From NCBI GenBank assembly GCA_903888345.1, contig CAISTG010000007.1, positions 1,075-65,074 of the forward strand: a stretch of 64,000 nucleotides of DNA, given 5' to 3'. Under the pieces are notes generated by a model. That model searched no databases and was not told the DNA's origin. It saw nothing but the letters and a program-made list of their open reading frames with translations. Origin of the DNA: Candidatus Buchananbacteria bacterium. GTDB taxonomy: Bacteria; Patescibacteriota; Patescibacteriia; 2-01-FULL-39-33. Positions within the stretch are counted from its first letter, which is position 1. Each line of letters starts with the position of its first letter. The translations under genes were made by a program, and so were the position numbers. Below are positions 45,086 to 57,600 of the stretch, one piece after another.

Positions 45086-45524
45086 TCTGTCATTCCGGGC
45101 CTGACCCGGAATCTGAGCCCTTGTTTCTGACTCGCACATAGATTCCGGCTCAAGGCCGGAATGACACAAAGGGAGGCCGGAATGACAAAAAAAGGGGGGT
45201 GAGTGGGTAGAGTAGAGTAGGTCCAGCATGCAAGTCATCGTGGGCACCAGTTCAAGTCATTCCGGGCCTGACCCGGAATCTGGGCCCTTGTTTCTGACTC
45301 GCACATAGATTCCGGCTCAAGGCCGGAATGACACAAAGGGAGGCCGGAATGACAAAAAAAAGGGGGGGTGAGTGGGTAGAGTAGAGTAGGTCCAGCATGC
45401 AAGTCATCGTGGGCACCAGTTCAAGTCATTCCGGGCCTGACCCGGAATCTGGGCCATTACTTATGACTCGTAACGAGATTCCGGCTCAAGGCCGGAATGA
45501 TACAAGGGGAGGCCGGAATGACAG
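45086..45524. repeat. tandem array (2.6 units of 167-169 bp), each unit carrying one MITE-like palindromic element plus a ~68-bp G-rich flank
   Basis: gtcattccgggcctgacccggaat...attccggctcaaggccggaatgaca...ggccggaatgaca starts at 45089, 45256 and 45425. Units are near-identical including the flanks. Confidence 0.8.
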
Positions 45525-45609
45525 AGGAGAATTAAGTTATCAACAGTTTTTATATTTTAACTTTAAGCCCATTTTGTGTTATAATAATAGCAATGGATGA
45601 CAAAATTTA

Positions 45610-48600
45610 ATGATCGAATTTAAGAAAAAAGTGCTTAAACATTTACAATCAGAACGATTGCGAGTGTTGGCACTTCAAGCCAAAAAATTTGCTCAAGCCA
45701 AGAAGGCTCACGCCGTTTTTCTAATTAAATTAACGGTGATTTTAGTCGCTTTTTTTAGTGCTGCCGGGATTTTGATTCCCCAGTATAAAATTGATGAGTC
45801 TTTGGTTATTAAAAATCCGGCAATCAAACAAACGACGGCCATTGTGGCGGGTGGGAAGCCGATTAAATATAGTGTTTTGGTAAGACGAACAGAAATTTCC
45901 GATGGTAGTTATTTACTTAAACTGCCTAAGACTGCTAATAACATTGAAGTGGCGACGGCGACTACTAAGCAAATCAAAACCTTATTGTCTGCACCAGAGC
46001 AAATTACTCCCTTAAAGCAACGTGAATTGCTAGCTAAACAGCACCCCAATCTCCAGTCCGGCCTGATTATTAATACCTATCAAGCTTTGGCTGTTCCTTT
46101 GAAATCAATGGTGACCGATCTGTCTTGTCGTTTAACATTGCGACCAAGAGACGCCGTGGTTGTTAATTTAGCGCAGGAGATTAATTTGACGTCAGTCAGA
46201 CAGACGCGATTAAGTAATCATTTGAGTCCGAGTTTATTGGCGATTTTTGTGAGTCCAGAGCTTAGTTGGTCTCGCTATCTAAATGAGCTTATTGGTAATT
46301 TCATTAAAGTGGCCGCGGCTCAGACAGTGGAAGAAATTCCGACTGCCGCTAGCGAATCACCAACTATTGGCTCAGATCCGTTACAAAATTTAATTGACTC
46401 TTTGACGGCTGAACCAAGTGATGTTGTTCCGCCGATTAAGGTTCCTGAGGTTGTGGCTCCCATTGTTGCTTCAGTTTCTAGCACTTTGCCAGAAGTCAAG
46501 GTAGAGCCGATTGATATTGATGTCGCAACCAATGGTTTGCCAGTAGTGCCAACGGTCGTCACCTCTAGTCATTCCGGGCTTGAACCGGAATCTGAGCCCA
46601 CCTCATCAACAACTCAAATGGAGATTCCGGATCAGGTCCGGAATGACAATAGCGGCCTTCCAGAATCTGCCCCCGCTTCCTCCACCGAATTCGTCAAAAT
46701 TGACTTCGAAACCCCGGCTCCAATTATCACCGAACAAAACACTGACTCTGGCAAGTTGGTAACGATTTCTGACCCCAATGAAAATCCAGAAACACCGATG
46801 GTTGACGTTCTCGCCTCTACCAAAATTCCGCCGATTTACAAAGTCGGGCAAGAAGCCAAAATTCACATCAAATGGAAAAACAACGGCGACCAAAACATGA
46901 GTTTCCAGGCTTATGATAGCGACGCCGATGGTTACCTTGATTACGTCGAATGGACTGTCCCGCATCTATCCGAGCAAGTTTTTGAAATTATCTTCATCTC
47001 CAAGGCTTTTCAACTCGATAATGATAAAAATATTATTGCCGATATTTATTCTCAAACTTCCGCCAAAGACGGTAATTACGCTTCCGTCGCTGACGGGCAA
47101 TACGTCCGTGCAACCTTTGATTATGAATTAAATAGTGCAAATGACATTACTATTTATGCCAAAGCGTCGACTACTAATAATCATGGATCAATAGCGGTCT
47201 ATCCAGTCTACACTGACGCCGATGGCAATCAAACCGAAGGCCCGAAACTCGAGACAGTTTATGATGGCAATAACCCTGATTTCAAAAATATTGATCGCGA
47301 TGGCAAATATCGAATCTTGCTAACAAACCTAGATAAGCCAACGGACGTTTTTGATCTCAAAATTTCTGGCGATGTCGATATTGACTTCATCGTTGATCCA
47401 GTCAGCTGGCTCACGGGTTGGAATTATCGCAAATCTCTCACAGTCAATCACTTATATGTTGGCGGTGGCAATGGCAGTGCGGGGGGATCAGAAGACGAAA
47501 CGAATTTTCCAGTCGAAATTTCACTCACTGGATTATCTAATGTTAATGCTAGCGGAACAGATATTAGATTTACAGCCTCAGACGGCGTGACTCCACTTGC
47601 TAGAGAAATCGAATCATATTCTACCACCACTGGTACTCTTGTTGCTTGGGTTAAAGTGCCGACAGTTTCCTATACCGTCGATACCATGATTTATGTTTAT
47701 TATGGCAACTCTTCAGCCACAGAACCGGCTGCCAATTCCACTTATGGCGCGCAGAATGTTTGGACTAATGGCTTTGCTGGAGTTTGGCATTTGGCTGGAG
47801 CAACAAATTCGAGTGATTTAGATTCTACTAGTAATAATAGTACTGGTACGCCATTAGGTGCGACCAAGCCAACTCAGACAACAGGGCAGATTAATGGCGC
47901 CCTAAGTTTTAATGGCAGTACGAGTTATGTTGATATTGCTGAGCCAGGCTCAAGTTTAAATTTTTCTTCTACAAATAATTTCTCATATTCGGCTTGGGTT
48001 AAAACAACTCAGAGCAGTACTCGCTCGGAAATCGTTGGTGATTTTAATAACAACCCGGCGACTAATATGGAGGTGGCGACCGTTGCCAATAGCTCAAATA
48101 TTGATGGAGCCTTTCGAGTTTACTTGGCTGATGGTACTTCAAATATCAAGGATTATCGCACGAATATTTCTATCGCTGACGGAGCTTGGCATAAAGTCGG
48201 CTTCTCATATGCTTCTACTAGCCAAGTGCTGACACTATTTGTTGATGGTGTGGCTCAATCAAACCCGCAAAAAGTATATGATGCCGCGCTTTCTGGCAAT
48301 CTTTATAATGCTTCTACAATAAAAATTGGCGAAGACAATCGACCCGTTACTTTTTTCTTCAATGGCTTAATTGACGAGCTTGGTATTTCCTCAGTCGCTC
48401 GTTCAGCCGGTTGGATAAAAACAGAATACAATAATCAAAACGCCCCGAGCAGTTTTTATGCCACGGGCGCGGAAGAAGCACTGGTCACTCCGGCTAGCAA
48501 CTTCACTTGGACTAATGGCTCCGGTGATGGTAAATGGAGCACTGCCGGAAACTGGCAAGGTGGGGTAGTGCCGGGACCGAGTGACACGGCAACATTTAGC

Positions 48601-51600
48601 GGTTCTGCGACTGGCAATTGTTCGATTGATGTTGATGCTAGCGTCACTGGACTCAACATCGCTTCGGGCTATACTGGCATAGTAACAATGAATGCAAATT
48701 TGGCCATCTCCGGAAATCTGACAGTCTCCGCCGGAACTTTGGCAGTTGGAATTTATAATCTAGCGGTAACTGGAAATTCGACAGTTACTAATGGCACGAC
48801 GACGATTGGTGTTTCTTCATCAACCGGTTGGACAACAACTAATTTAACAATCGGAGCGGGAGGCACAGCATCATCAACAGCGCCGGGCACAATTTATTAT
48901 AATCAGGTGACGGTGAGTGGGACCTTGTCGCCAGATGTTACTGGTACTTATACGGTTGCGGGCATGTCAAACGGAATGCCATATTATTCAAAATTGATTA
49001 ACGGCACTACCTGGTATTTACAGTATTCTCCAAAGAATAATGCGTTAGTATTTTATCTTGCTTCAGCTCTTGATCCTGACAATATGGGGGCGACTAGTCC
49101 AAATCGATGGTTTATGTCTTTTAGCGGTACTCCATATTCTAATTCTTTTGCTGGAGCTTATAGCGCTGGATCAGGTGGAGCAACTGGCATTCCGACCGTC
49201 GCCAACGTCACCGCCTCAGGTGAATACACCAGATTAAACAATTCCAAAATCACCATCTCCGGCAACTTTGATCAGTCCAGTATCTCCTCTAAATTTCTCT
49301 CCGCTTCCTCGCTGATTACTGTCAATGGCAATGGTAGTTTTACTGCGGATGGGACAGTAAATGGTACACAATATAACTCAGTAAGTTTGGTTTTGAATGG
49401 GGTGAATAATCTAAGGTATAACAATAATGCCATTGTTAATAATGGATTCAATAATTTAATTGCCGGACAAGGCGGAAGTACTACGACAATAGCAACAGAT
49501 ATTGGAATTAGTAATACCCTGACTATCGGTTCTGGTAGCATCGCCGGTTCTGCCTATAATTTCTGGCTAACAGGGGCAAATCCACTAAGTTTTGATACAT
49601 CATCAAGATTGGCAGTAGGTTCAATATTGTTCAGAGGAACCACTCAAATAATACCAACTCTTATTAATGGTTATGATTCGACCATACAGGTCAGTCAAGG
49701 TGGGACTACCGTCACCCAAACTGGTAATATCGTAATTAATGGTGTTAATAATATTTATCTAGATAATATTGCAAGACCAGCTGGAATAATAACCTGGAAT
49801 ACGGCTGGTTATAATTTATCTGTTGGTGGGAATATTAAAATTGGCGCTGGCTCTGACTCCGCTCTTAAAAAACTTGACGCCAATGGCTCGGGCGGACGTA
49901 ATTCCATCATTACAGTCGGGGGCAATTGGCTCAATTATGGCACGGCAACTGGGTGCTCGGGAACATGCGTGCCGTCGCAATTTATAGCCGCAAGCTCAAC
50001 GGTTGTCTTTAACGCTACTTCTACTACTCGCACTATAACTAACGGCTCAACTACTTCACCTTTCTATAACCTCACCATTAATGGCACAAGCAGTACTTTC
50101 ACTTTGACTGATAATGCGCGCGTGTCTGGTGACCTTACTGTCACCAATAGTACCTTGGCCATCGGCACAAATGATTTGCTCGTCACTGGCAACTCAATCA
50201 TTACCAACGGCACCACTTCCATCGGCGCCTCAGCAAATACTGGCTGGACGACGAATAATTTAACTTTGGGCGCGAATGGTATAGCTTCGTCCACAGCCGG
50301 AGGAACGGTTTATTATAATCAGGTGACAGTGAGTGGAACGCTGAGTCCAAATGCCGCGGGAGTTTATACGGTAGCGGGGATGTACAATGGAGCGCCATAC
50401 TATACAAACGGAACTTATTATATTTGGTGGCGAACAACGGGGAATTGGCGACTTTCTGACGGTCTCGGAGTAATTTCTGGTGTTTGTTGGTATTTGTATA
50501 CCTCATCTAATATAAATATTATTACTGGGTCTTTTGCCGTATATAATGCAAATGAAACCGGCGAGGCAACTGTCTCCAACGTCACGGCCTCGGGCGAGTA
50601 CACCAGATTAGATAATTCAAAAATTACTGTCAACGGAATTTTTGACCAGTCCAATACAAATTCTAAATTCCTCGCTGCCTCGTCACTTATTACCATCAAT
50701 GGTAATGGAAGTTTTACAGCCGACGGAACACTTAATTCGCTACAATATAATGGCGCTAGCGTTACTTTAAATGGCTCCAGCACGCTGAGCTATAATAATT
50801 TGGCGAATAATTTTGGTAATGGCTTTAATAATTTAACAACTGGGCAGAGTGGTGGGACGACGACTCTTTCTTCCGTTGGTTTGACGGTCAAAAATCAATT
50901 ATCAGTAGGGTCAGGCACTTTCAATGGGCCGGGTTATGTATTTTTGGCAGGCTCCGCGCCCTTAAATTTTAATGTTTCCTCTCACTTGGCAATTTCCTCA
51001 CTATATTTTTTGACGACCTATGTCACCACCACGATTCCGACTTTGACCAATGGTTATGATTGCGACATTATTGCTATCGGCAATCCTAATGTAATTATTC
51101 AAACTGGCGATGTCACTCTTAACAATAGTAAGTTCCTCGGCATCAATGGCAATAATAATGATTTCCCGACAACTTGGAAGACGGACGGATATAATTTAAC
51201 AGTTGGCGGAAATATCCAAATCGGTACTTTTAATAATAATGTAAATCTACAAAAACTCGACGCCACTCATAATGGGGCGCGCACTTCAACTATCACTGTC
51301 GGCGGTAATTGGCTCAACTATGGCACAGCGACGATTAATGGTAGGTTTGTGGCCGACAACTCCACGGTGATTTTGACTAGCACCAGTTCGAGTGCCAAAA
51401 TCACGTCTGGTTCTTCGACCTCTCCGTTTTATAATCTAACTATCAACGGCGCAGGCGGAACTTATACTTTGCAAGATGCATTAGCTGTTGCACATAATCT
51501 AACACTGACAAACGGCACGCTTGATACAAAATTAAACAGTAACTATCCCGTGACGATTGGCAGTGCTGATCCGATTAATGGTGATTTCTCGCAAACTACC

Positions 51601-54600
51601 ACCGCCAAATTCTTAGCGCGCAGTTCCGTCATAACTTTAAACGGCAATGGTAATTTTACGGCGGATGGTACGATTGATGGCACGCAGTTTAATGGCGTAA
51701 GCTTAACACTTAATGGAATTAATACGCTTACTTATAATAACTTGGCAGCTCCGTTTGCCTATGGATTTAATAATTTAACCGTCGGACAAGGCGGAAGCAC
51801 TACTACCTTAGCGAGTCATTTGGCTGCAATTAATACATTAACTATTGGCTCAGGCACATTATCTGGGACTACTAGAACTCTCTTTGTGTTGGGAGCAAAT
51901 CCTTTAAATTTTGATGTAAGTTCGAGACTTGCAGTAGGTCAGCTTGAGTTTATAGGTGCAAATCAAACTATTCCCGCCCTGGTGAATGGCTATGATTCAA
52001 GTATCTATTTGGTGCATACAAGCGGAACCGTTACTCAAACCGGAAATGTTATTATTAATTCGCCAAATACCTTAACTATTGGATTAACATCCGCTCAGCC
52101 GGAACGTAAAGATACTTGGAATACATCTGGATACAACTTAACAGTCGGAGGCAATCTTCAAATCGGCGTTGGGAATGACTCCGGTCTCAAAACTCTCGAC
52201 GCCACTGGTGCTGGTGGACGTACTTCAACTATTACCATCAGTGGTAACTGGCTTAATTATGGAAATGGCACGGCGTCATCAACTTTTATTTCGGCAAATT
52301 CAACTGTGATTTTTAATTCAACGACAACTGGCAAAACGATTACCTCTGGTGCGATCAACTCGGCTTTTTATAATGTGAATTTTGCTGGCGTTGGCGGGGC
52401 TTACACCTTGCAAGATAATTTTAGTGTGCTGGGTGATTTGAATGTTGTCGCTGGCGTATTAAACGCTGGAACTTATAACCTGGCGGTCACGGGTAATTCC
52501 ACTGTGTCTAACGCTACCACGACTATCGGCATTTCGGCGGGTACTGGTTGGACGACGAATAATTTGACAATTGGGGCGAACGGCACGGCTTCGTCTACAG
52601 CTAATGGCACTATTTATTACAATCAAGTGATAGTGAGCGGAACTTTGAATCCAGATGCGACGGGGACTTATACTGTCGCGGGGATGTATGGAGGGAAACC
52701 GTATTATAGAAGGGGCTCTGATTCTTGGTATTTATCATGGAGATTTAATTCAGTTTGGGACATAACACCGCAATCTCCTGAGCAAGGTGCTGTTACAGCA
52801 TGGAGAAGGACCGGAGACCCTTTAGTTGGTAATTATTACCCAGTTGGAAGTATACCCCCAACCGGCACTGCCACCGTTGCCAACGTCACTGCCTCAGGCG
52901 AATATGCTAGATTAGATAATTCCAAAATCACCATCGCTGGCAACTTCGACCAGTCCAATATCTCCTCAAAATTCCTCGCCGCTTCGTCGCTGATTACCGT
53001 CAATGGCAATGGCAATTTCTCTGCGGACGGAACTTTGGATTCGACACAATATAATAATTCGATCTTGGTTTTAAATGGTACGAATACGTTGGCATATGTT
53101 AGTTTGGCTAATACTAATGCTAATGGATTTAACAAATTAGTTGTAGGTCAAAACGGTAACACAACGGAAGCGCCTGGTTTACAAGTAGCGATTCAAAATC
53201 TGACTGTGGGATCGGGGACACTGCATGGATCTTCCGCGTATTTTAATTTACTCGGGCCTAATCCATTAACTTTCGACACTGATAATTCATCTTTTAATAT
53301 TTATGGGTTGCAGTTTTTTGGTACCAACCAGACGATTCCGGCCTTAACGAAGGGGTATAATTGTCATGTGTTTATTCCCAATAGTAGTTCCATTGTGACA
53401 CAAACAGGGAACGTTAACATCTTGAGTCCGCGGTCTTTATTTCTTGGTGGTTATGCTGGTATTACTGGCACAGGACCGTCAAGATCGCAGTCATGGAAAA
53501 CTGACGGTTATAATTTGACTGTTGGTGGCAGTATTCAAATTGGTAATGGCTCTGACACGGGGCTTAAGACGCTTAATGCTTTTAGTGGCGCGACTAGTAC
53601 TCGCAATTCCACCATCACCGTTGGTGGAAACTGGCTCAATTATGGTAATGGTTCAGCTCCGTCGCAATTTATTGCTGGTAGCTCTACGGTCGTGATGGCG
53701 GGCACGAGTGCTTCTGGCACAATTATCTCTGGCACCACAACTTCGCCATTTTATAACTTGACTATAAACGGGGTAGGCGGGACCTACACGTCGCAAGATA
53801 AAACATCAGTTAGTGGAACTTTGACGGTGACGGCGGGGACTCTAGCTATTGGCACTAATGACTTAGCGGTCACTGGAGCTTCAACTATCAACGGTGCTTT
53901 AACTCTTGGTAATTCATCGAGTACTGGTTGGACAACAGGGGACTTGAATCTCGGCGCCAGCGGAACAATTACTTCAAACGCCACGACTTATTACAACCAA
54001 GTGACGGTTAGTGGGACGCTGAGCCCTGATGCGAGTGGGACCTATACTGTCTCGGGAACTGCAAATGGTTATCCAAGGTATGTAAAAGGTGCTATGTCAA
54101 TAATTAACACTGGCACTGGTCTCTGGAGAATATATACAGACGCGACTAATTTTTATTATTATAAGATTAGCGCAGAAATGGCTGGAGCATACACCAACTT
54201 TAATGGTTCTACTGGTGTTGCTACTGTCGCCAATGTCACGGCTAGCGGGATTTATTATGGAGTGACTTCTGACGTGACGATCTCGGGCAATTACACCCAA
54301 ACCGCTGGCGGATATTTCAACGCCGGACCGTCTTTGATTACCCAAAATGGTAATGGCAATTTCACAGCGGATGGGAATAATGACAACACAAAGTCGGCAC
54401 AATTTAATAATGCAAGTTTGGTTTTGAATGGGAATAATACGCTGACTTATAATAATAATTCAAACTATGGTTACTATGGATTTAATAATTTAACCGTTGG
54501 GCAAGGAGGAAGCACCACCACAATAGCGTCACATTTTACTGTAAAAAACATATTAACGATAGGATCGGGAACTTTAACAGGCAATTATTGGGTATATTTG

Positions 54601-57600
54601 TTTGGGGCAAATCCTTTAAGTGTTGATACTGCTAACTCAGCTATTTCAATTGGCTTTTTAGCTTATAATGGGACAAGCCAGACTATACCTGCTTTAACCA
54701 AAGGTTATGGTTGCAGTATAGAAGTGGATAGTGGTAATGATGTTATTACTCAGACGGGGGCTGTTGTATTGAATGGTACAGGGTTGCTTAATGTGACTTC
54801 TAATCCGGCTGGGATAGCCACATGGAAAACTGATGGTTATAACTTGACCGTTGGTGGACGGATCCAAATCGGTGTCGGTTCTGACACTGGTCTCAAAAAA
54901 CTCGATGCCACCGGTTCTGGCGGACGTAATTCTACCATCACTGTCGGAGGTAACTGGCTCAATTATGGCAATAGCGCTGACCCGGCTAATTCTTCTCGAT
55001 TCATTGCGGCGAGCTCAACTGTTATCTTTAATAAAATCTCAGGCACACAAACTTTAAATGCTGGTGCTAATTATTCTTCATCTACTTTCTATAACCTAAC
55101 GCACTCTGGCGCTGGCATTTTACGGATTATCACTAACCCAATTACAATTACCAACAATTTCACCAATTCCGCAGGAACTTTTGATGCAAATGGCCAGGTG
55201 GTAAACGTGGGAGGGAATTGGAATAATACGGCAACTTATTTGCATGGCACTAGCACGGTCAACTTGATCGGTTCTGTGGCTCAAGCGATTATGGGCACCA
55301 CCACTTTCTATAACTTAGTCAAAACCGTCACAACTGCTGCGACGCTCACTTTTGAAGCCGCCAAAACTCAGGTGATCGCTGGTACTCTGACCTTACAAGG
55401 CGCGGCTAATCAATTACTAACTCTTGTTTCTTCTGTCCCGGGTACTGCTTGGTTCATTAATCCTTTGGGATCGGTTGTGATGAGTTTCTTAAATATTTCT
55501 GATGCCATAAATAGTTCGGCTAGTCCTATTGTCGCGACTTTTTCTAAAAACTTAAGCAACAACCCTAATATCACTTTCTCGGCGACGACCGTCACTTGGA
55601 CGGGAGCCTCAAGCACTGACTGGAACACGGCGGGTAACTGGGACACGGGCTATGTGCCAAACACTACCGACAACGTTGTGATTTCAAGTGCTTCCAATCA
55701 ACCCATACTTTCCACCTCGACTACTGTTAATAATTTGACAGTTAATTCTGGTGCGATTCTCGCTATTGGTACTAATAACATGACGGTGACCGGAAATTCC
55801 ATCATCAACGGCACCACGACTATCGGCATTTCCGCTGGGACGGGTTGGACGACGAATAATCTGACTATTGGAGCAGGCGGCGTGGCTTCGTCTACGGCTA
55901 ATGGCACGATTTATTATAATCAAGTGACGGTGAGTGGAACTTTATCGCCGGATGTTGCTGATACATATACCGTAGTAGGGATAAAAAATGGATATCCCGA
56001 TTATGCATCAAATTCACAGCATAATGGATATACTTATCATATTTGGCGATATACAAACGGAAACTACTATATCACGCCAGATTATTTAGTATTCTCTTCA
56101 GACCCGGGTCATTGGGTTAACACAAATGGTACAGCGGCTGGAACATATCCCGCCAATAGTCCATCAGTTACAGGGTCTGCAATCGTCGCCAACGTCAACG
56201 CCTCAGGCGAATATACCAGAATGGATAATTCCAAAATCACCATCGCTGGCAACTTCGACCAGTCCAACATTACTTCAAAATTTCTCGCTGCTTCGTCGCT
56301 GATTACCGTTAATGGCAATGGTACCTTCATTGCCGATGGGACGGTGAATAGCACGCAATATAATAGTGCTAGCTTAGTTTTGAATGGAAACAATACTCTG
56401 ACGTATGGCAATTTAACAGCTAACTGGGCAAATGGATTTAATAGTTTAACTACTGGACAAGGAGGGGCTACTACAACTTTGGCAAGTACTGCTACGATTA
56501 GGAGTTTATTGACGGTTGGGTCGGGAGCATTGACGGGTAACGCTTCGCTATCATTACTGAGTCCCAATCCTTTAAGCTTTAATGTTGCTTCGATCTTATC
56601 AATTAATTTATTATATTTTAATGGTGGCTCAAATCAAACTATACCTACCTTAGTTAACGGGTATAGCTGTAATATTTATGATTATCATAATGGACAATCA
56701 ATGCAACAAACTGGTGATGTTGTTTTAAATGCTGGAAAGTCTTTGTATGTTGGAAATACTGCGACAGGTTGGATTGATACTTGGAAAACTGATGGTTACA
56801 ATTTAACTGTCGGCGGTAATTTAACAATTGGATATGGCGCTGACACCGGACTCAAAAAACTTGATGCTACAAATTATAGCTCACCCGGTAATCGCACTTC
56901 AACAATTACAATTGGAGGTAATTGGTTCAATTATGGAACAGCAACGGGATGTGCAGGCTCATGTACACCATCCTCCTTTATCGCTGCCAGCTCAACAGTT
57001 ATCTTCAATGCCACCTCAACCACAAGAACTATTACTTCTGGCTCATCAACTTCGGCTTTTTATAACCTAACAATTAATGGCACGAGCAGTACTTTCTCTC
57101 TTGTTGATAATTTGAGTGTTGCCGGAAATTTGAATGTCACTGCTGGCACCTTAGCTATTGGGGTTAATAATTTGGCAGTCACGGGTTCTTCCACTATTAA
57201 TAGCACCTTAACACTTGGTAATTCATCGAGCACCGGTTGGACAACAGGTGATTTGAATCTTGGCGCAAGTGGAACAATCACCTCCAACGCCACAACTTAT
57301 TACAACCAAGTGACGGTGAGTGGAACGCTGAGCCCGGATACGGCGGGCACTTATACGGTTGATGATGTAGGCTATCCAGCTGGATATAATGGGCAACCAG
57401 TATACAAACGAAATGGCTTAGTTGGTGGAGTACAATTTTGGAATTGGCTATCTTATAATGGGTACAGGTATACAACTGGACTTTTGCCTGGAGTCGCAAC
57501 GGGTAATGTGTGGCAAAAAAATCCTGGATCTATGATCGGTACGTATACAGCGGCGGGCACATATACGGGCACCGCCACCGTAGCTAACGTTACGGCTAGC

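Noticed and set aside
45086-45524. Repeat-spacer-like array after fusA that could be mistaken for a CRISPR locus
   Set aside because: The putative spacers are identical between units, since whole 167-169 bp units are duplicated. The repeats are palindromic MITE-like elements also found solo elsewhere. No cas genes are present in the window.
46606-46965. Numerous 60-150-aa ORFs antisense to or out-of-frame within the giant genes (for example 7148..7480 -, 10901..11314 -, 20711..21028 -, 46606..46965 -, 56109..56567 -, 6823..7044 +)
   Set aside because: These are shadow ORFs inside long, uninterrupted coding frames with clear domain content. Their compositions mirror the sense strand (for example poly-V/P/A from GTN/CCN-rich antisense).
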